A stretch of DNA of 64,000 bases from Schmidtea polychroa (Eukaryota), in NCBI GenBank assembly GCA_044892525.1, contig CM097885.1, positions 68,014,001 through 68,078,000 on the forward strand, written 5' to 3'. Numbering within the stretch: the first letter of the stretch is position 1; every line of letters starts with the position of its first letter. Shown piece after piece: positions 60,117 through 64,000 of this stretch. The position numbers and the translations under genes are program-made. Below the pieces are notes generated by a model. That model ran no database searches. It was given only the letters and a program-made list of their open reading frames with translations, and was not told the DNA's origin.

Positions 60117-63092
60117 TTAAGTCATCCGACCGAAAACCGGATTATGGCGACAAATTGATGGACCAACTTCGTCGTACTGTTTTTTCGTATGAGCTGCCGT
60201 ATAAAAATCGTCCTGAAAATATAAATTAAAATCTTATACAACATAGATTGATTAATTACCGAAGTGGCTAACAGAGCTCCACCAAACCATACGGCATATC
60301 GCTGCATGCTATGTGATACCACTTTTACATCAATCGGAGTTGGCTGAAAAATATATAATTAATAATGTGTAATTAGATAACAATATCATTATTATAAAAG
60401 TAAAGATAAATGACTTTAATTAATTGCCAGTCGATTTTGTCCTTTTACGTTACCTGGATATAACATTCAACTTTTAGTCCTAGATAAGGAATTAGCAGAT
60501 ACAATGGGCCTCTTTTTTTTGGTTATAAATCTCAATGAGCTGCTAATGTATATAATCACTTTTTTCAACAGGACTCGACCTCAAAGCAAATTGATCAGTA
60601 ACAATTTATGGTAAAATATCCCCACTCGAGTGGAAAACTGGTTCCACTTGCCCACCAATTTCAAAGAAAGATTTATTGTTTTTTTATATCAATTGGAATG
60701 ATTTTGGGATAATATGGCAAATATTGATTTTAAAAATGTCAAAATTTTAAACAACTTTTTAAGAATGAAAATTTTCTAAAACTTACTTTCAATTTACCGT
60801 GACTATTTTCTTCAGTCAGTTTTAATCTGTAATCAACATTTTTCTTGATATCTCTCTGTATTCTTCGATCAAGATGCTTAAACATCGAGCTGCCACCTGA
60901 TAATACAATATTCTGAAATGGATAATTATATTTACAATTTCAATTGGAAATAATCTTTACATTGTATAATGGTCGCCGAGAGTCGATTGGACAGCTCTGT
61001 ATAACAGTGTCCACAACATCACTAATCGAGGTCTGGAAATCTCCGTTCACAAACTGAAAGCGTAAATTAATAAATATTTTGTATTATAATCTAATGATCC
61101 AAAACAAGACTTCAAATTTATGTTTTGATTGATATTAATTAACTCCTATATTAAATATTTAATATTGTATAATTATAAATTAATTTATGGATTATAAATT
61201 CAATTAAAATAAATTATGAAATTATAATTCAGAAACAATAATAACTTCCTTCAATGAATGTTATGAAAAACTATTAATTTTATCAATCAAAGAGTGGAAA
61301 ATATTCTAGCAAAAATGAAGGTCTGTTGGCACAATTTGAGGGTGAATTAAAAGCAATAGAGATTTAATAAGACGAACGTTATAATAGAAAATATTTGAGA
61401 TTATTATGTATTGCTGTAAAAAGTTGAAAATCCACCCATTGATTTTATTCCGAGAACGCTTGATTCTTTTCCATAATGCTCTTGAATATGTTTACACTTT
61501 AAATAAAGGAATTAAAATAATAGGTTATTTTAAAACCAATTTTAAAAATGTCCTTAAAAGTAATCAATCGAAATACAGCACTAGTAAATCGATTTGTGTG
61601 CAAATGTATATGTAAACAATTAAGATTTGTATGTATATCGACGTAGTAAAATCTACCAATTAAAATCCACCAAACAATTTATACACACACCATCTTTCGA
61701 ATTATTGATTTTATTTCAAATAATAAAATGAAGTTTGGTTACCTCTGGTCGGAAAAACACTTCAGGTCCTAAAAACTTTTCATATCCGACTTCGAATGAA
61801 AAATCCGGGTATTTGCTTGATCCACTCATTTTGTGAGCCTTGATCCATTTTTCAGGATCTGAGTCATATTTGGCGAATTCTTTAGCTATATCGTGACACA
61901 CATATGAATAGCGTTCCTTGATTTGTTTAGCAGCCTCCATGCTCATATCGGGTGGGATTACGGTTTCCCGTTCCCGTAACATCTGCTGAATGAAAAACGT
62001 GATGTCCCGGCCAGCAATAGGAATGTGTTTGATTGCACTGCCAATAACGTATCCATCAACAACTGGAATAACGTGGGTTACTCCATCGCCAGAATCAATA
62101 ACCGTTCCTGTAAGAGTTCTCTCATTCGGTGGACGAGATGTCCAAGATGCGGCTAATGCCAGCACTGCCTGGAAATTGAAAAATACTATATAAAAAAGAA
62201 AAAGATTTTGTTTGGCTTCCTTTACTATTATGAAATTATTCAATAAAGTATCTATACGTAAACGGAAGAAGTATGGCATCCATTATACTTTTCCTATAGA
62301 TATACATGATTCCAAATAAATAAATAATAATTATTAAAAATTTCAGTACATTACCATATATAGTTTTATAAATAACATTTAGTAAATATTTAAAAGATAT
62401 TCAAAATTATATAATTTAAGTTCACATAAAATGAATTTATTTTCTTACTAAACGAAAATTATAATATCCAAATATAAAATATAAATTGAATGGTTATTTA
62501 TAATTTTATAATAATTAAACCTGAACAGCAATGTACAATCCTGGAACGTTAAAAGTTTCGAACATTATTTCGGCAGTAAATTCACGATTTTCAGGAGTAT
62601 TTAATGGCGGTTCAGTCTAAAAGAAATCATGGAAATTAAATATTTGAAAATTAAACATACTAATAAAAAATAATGGTCCTCCGGTTCAGCTCTGAGATAT
62701 TTAAAAATAGCTTGTTCCATAAATCTTTCATGAAGATCCCAATCTTCAACAACTCCATGGCGAATAGGCCACTTTACAGAAACTTTAACAAATTTATCAA
62801 ATTAGTATGATACATACTCTGACAGAAAAATCATTTTTTCCTTCCATAGATTGCGCTTCATCTCCAATATAAAAATTTAAATCGTCTAATCCAGTACCTA
62901 TTCTTCTAGATTCTTTACCGCCCATTTTACCTTCTTTAGTAGCAATACATGAAGGAATTATAAATTGAGGTTCTGAATTATCGGCAAATCCTAATTTAGA
63001 GTATCTTAAAATTAAATATATTAAATTTTCTTAAAGTATTATATTTAAAACCCTGTGCCATTATCAATTACAACGGCTGGAAGTCTTGCCAT
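60117..63092 (-). CDS. ARP3: Actin-related protein 3 (419 aa, 9 exons)
   Basis: Exons 63092-63052, 63004-62818, 62771-62661, 62616-62521, 62168-61743, 61053-60961, 60912-60787, 60343-60260 and 60212-60117, all [78 protein letters not shown]. Confidence 0.98.
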
Positions 63093-64000
63093 TTCCTTAA
63101 AATATTTTAAATATAACTTATGATATAAACAGTTTAGATCGATTTAAACACATTTAATTTCAATTGTCTGTTAGATTATTTTCAATCTGGATAATATAGC
63201 CTCAACCAAGTAATATTCCAAAAGTGAAATTTGAAAATTTATTAAGAATAAATTTAAATTAATAACATTTTCTATTTTTCATAGTAGACTTGTATGTTAG
63301 ATTAACACTTCTTAATCATTTCACATCTCTGCTTAAATTATCTTTCCTATTTCTGGCGAAAATTTATGCACTGATTACCGATTTCGAAGCTCCACAATTT
63401 TACTAACCATTAATGTGCAGAAATAATTTAGCCTTATAAATAATGAATAATCTGAACCAAATTATTTCCGTAATCTTAATCATTTTATAATATTTAAAAT
63501 TAATTAATTAATTTAAGAATTTCTGGTATTATAAATAATAAAAATAAGACCTCTAATTCTCCTTTTAAATAACTTTCAGTGATACCTCATAAGTAAAATT
63601 TAAATAAATTAATTTTAAGATAATTTTAATTAAATAAATTTTTATAAATAATAATAGTAATAATATATATATATATATATATTAGAAATAATAAATCAAC
63701 CAACCTGGTATAAACAAATGGTTACTAACAAATAAGTTGATCTCGGTTGCACATTTGGAATTGGTTTGTTGAGTTGTTGATTTGAATTATAGAGATGGAG
63801 GGCTATGAGAAGACTTCGACTATTTATTGACGTTCTTCGGCGTATACGTTAACTCTATACTTGCCTGGCCCTGTTCTGTAATACTTGTCTAAAATGAATG
63901 TAGTGATGGGTCTACCCTCATAATCTAACATTTATTAGTCAGTGCAATTTTAGAATTTTTAAAGTTATATAATTGATTGTTTTTTGTTCCTATTCAAAAT

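Noticed and set aside
1-64000. tRNA or rRNA genes (GTTCGA hits at ~35455, 41215, 47765, 56645)
   Set aside because: No cloverleaf folds or rRNA signatures were found.

Overview
This is eukaryotic, very AT-rich, gapped (N-run) genomic DNA with animal-like but fast-evolving genes and very small introns (14 of the 20 introns I mapped are 40-53 nt). The lineage cannot be fixed from the sequence; a reduced parasitic animal is only a guess. Five host genes are well supported: TAPT1 (-, 16681 to the gap at 10956), RPB1/POLR2A (-, 26482-20389, one intron, unusual two-block CTD), a DEGS sphingolipid delta-4 desaturase (-, intronless), NOP16 (+) and ARP3 (-, 9 exons). One unknown two-exon gene and one unknown ORF island are possible. 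The rest is largely mobile DNA: a Tc1-like IR-DR element, several hAT elements and MITEs with 8-bp TSDs, LTR remnants, a Gypsy-like gag, two families of Penelope-like (GIY-YIG) fragments with hammerhead ribozyme (HHR) motifs, an actin pseudogene, a decayed DEDDh exonuclease and minisatellites. The most striking items are: (1) a 47.1-47.3 kb module in which a 5' splice site is paired with an in-cis U1-snRNA-like 12-mer and a perfect minimal HHR lies inside the putative intron; (2) a U3:A8 HHR core variant in a Penelope-like family; (3) an in-frame gag/PLE chimera with a DEDDh exonuclease remnant downstream; (4) a Pol II CTD with only three consensus heptads. No tRNA, rRNA or CRISPR array was found.
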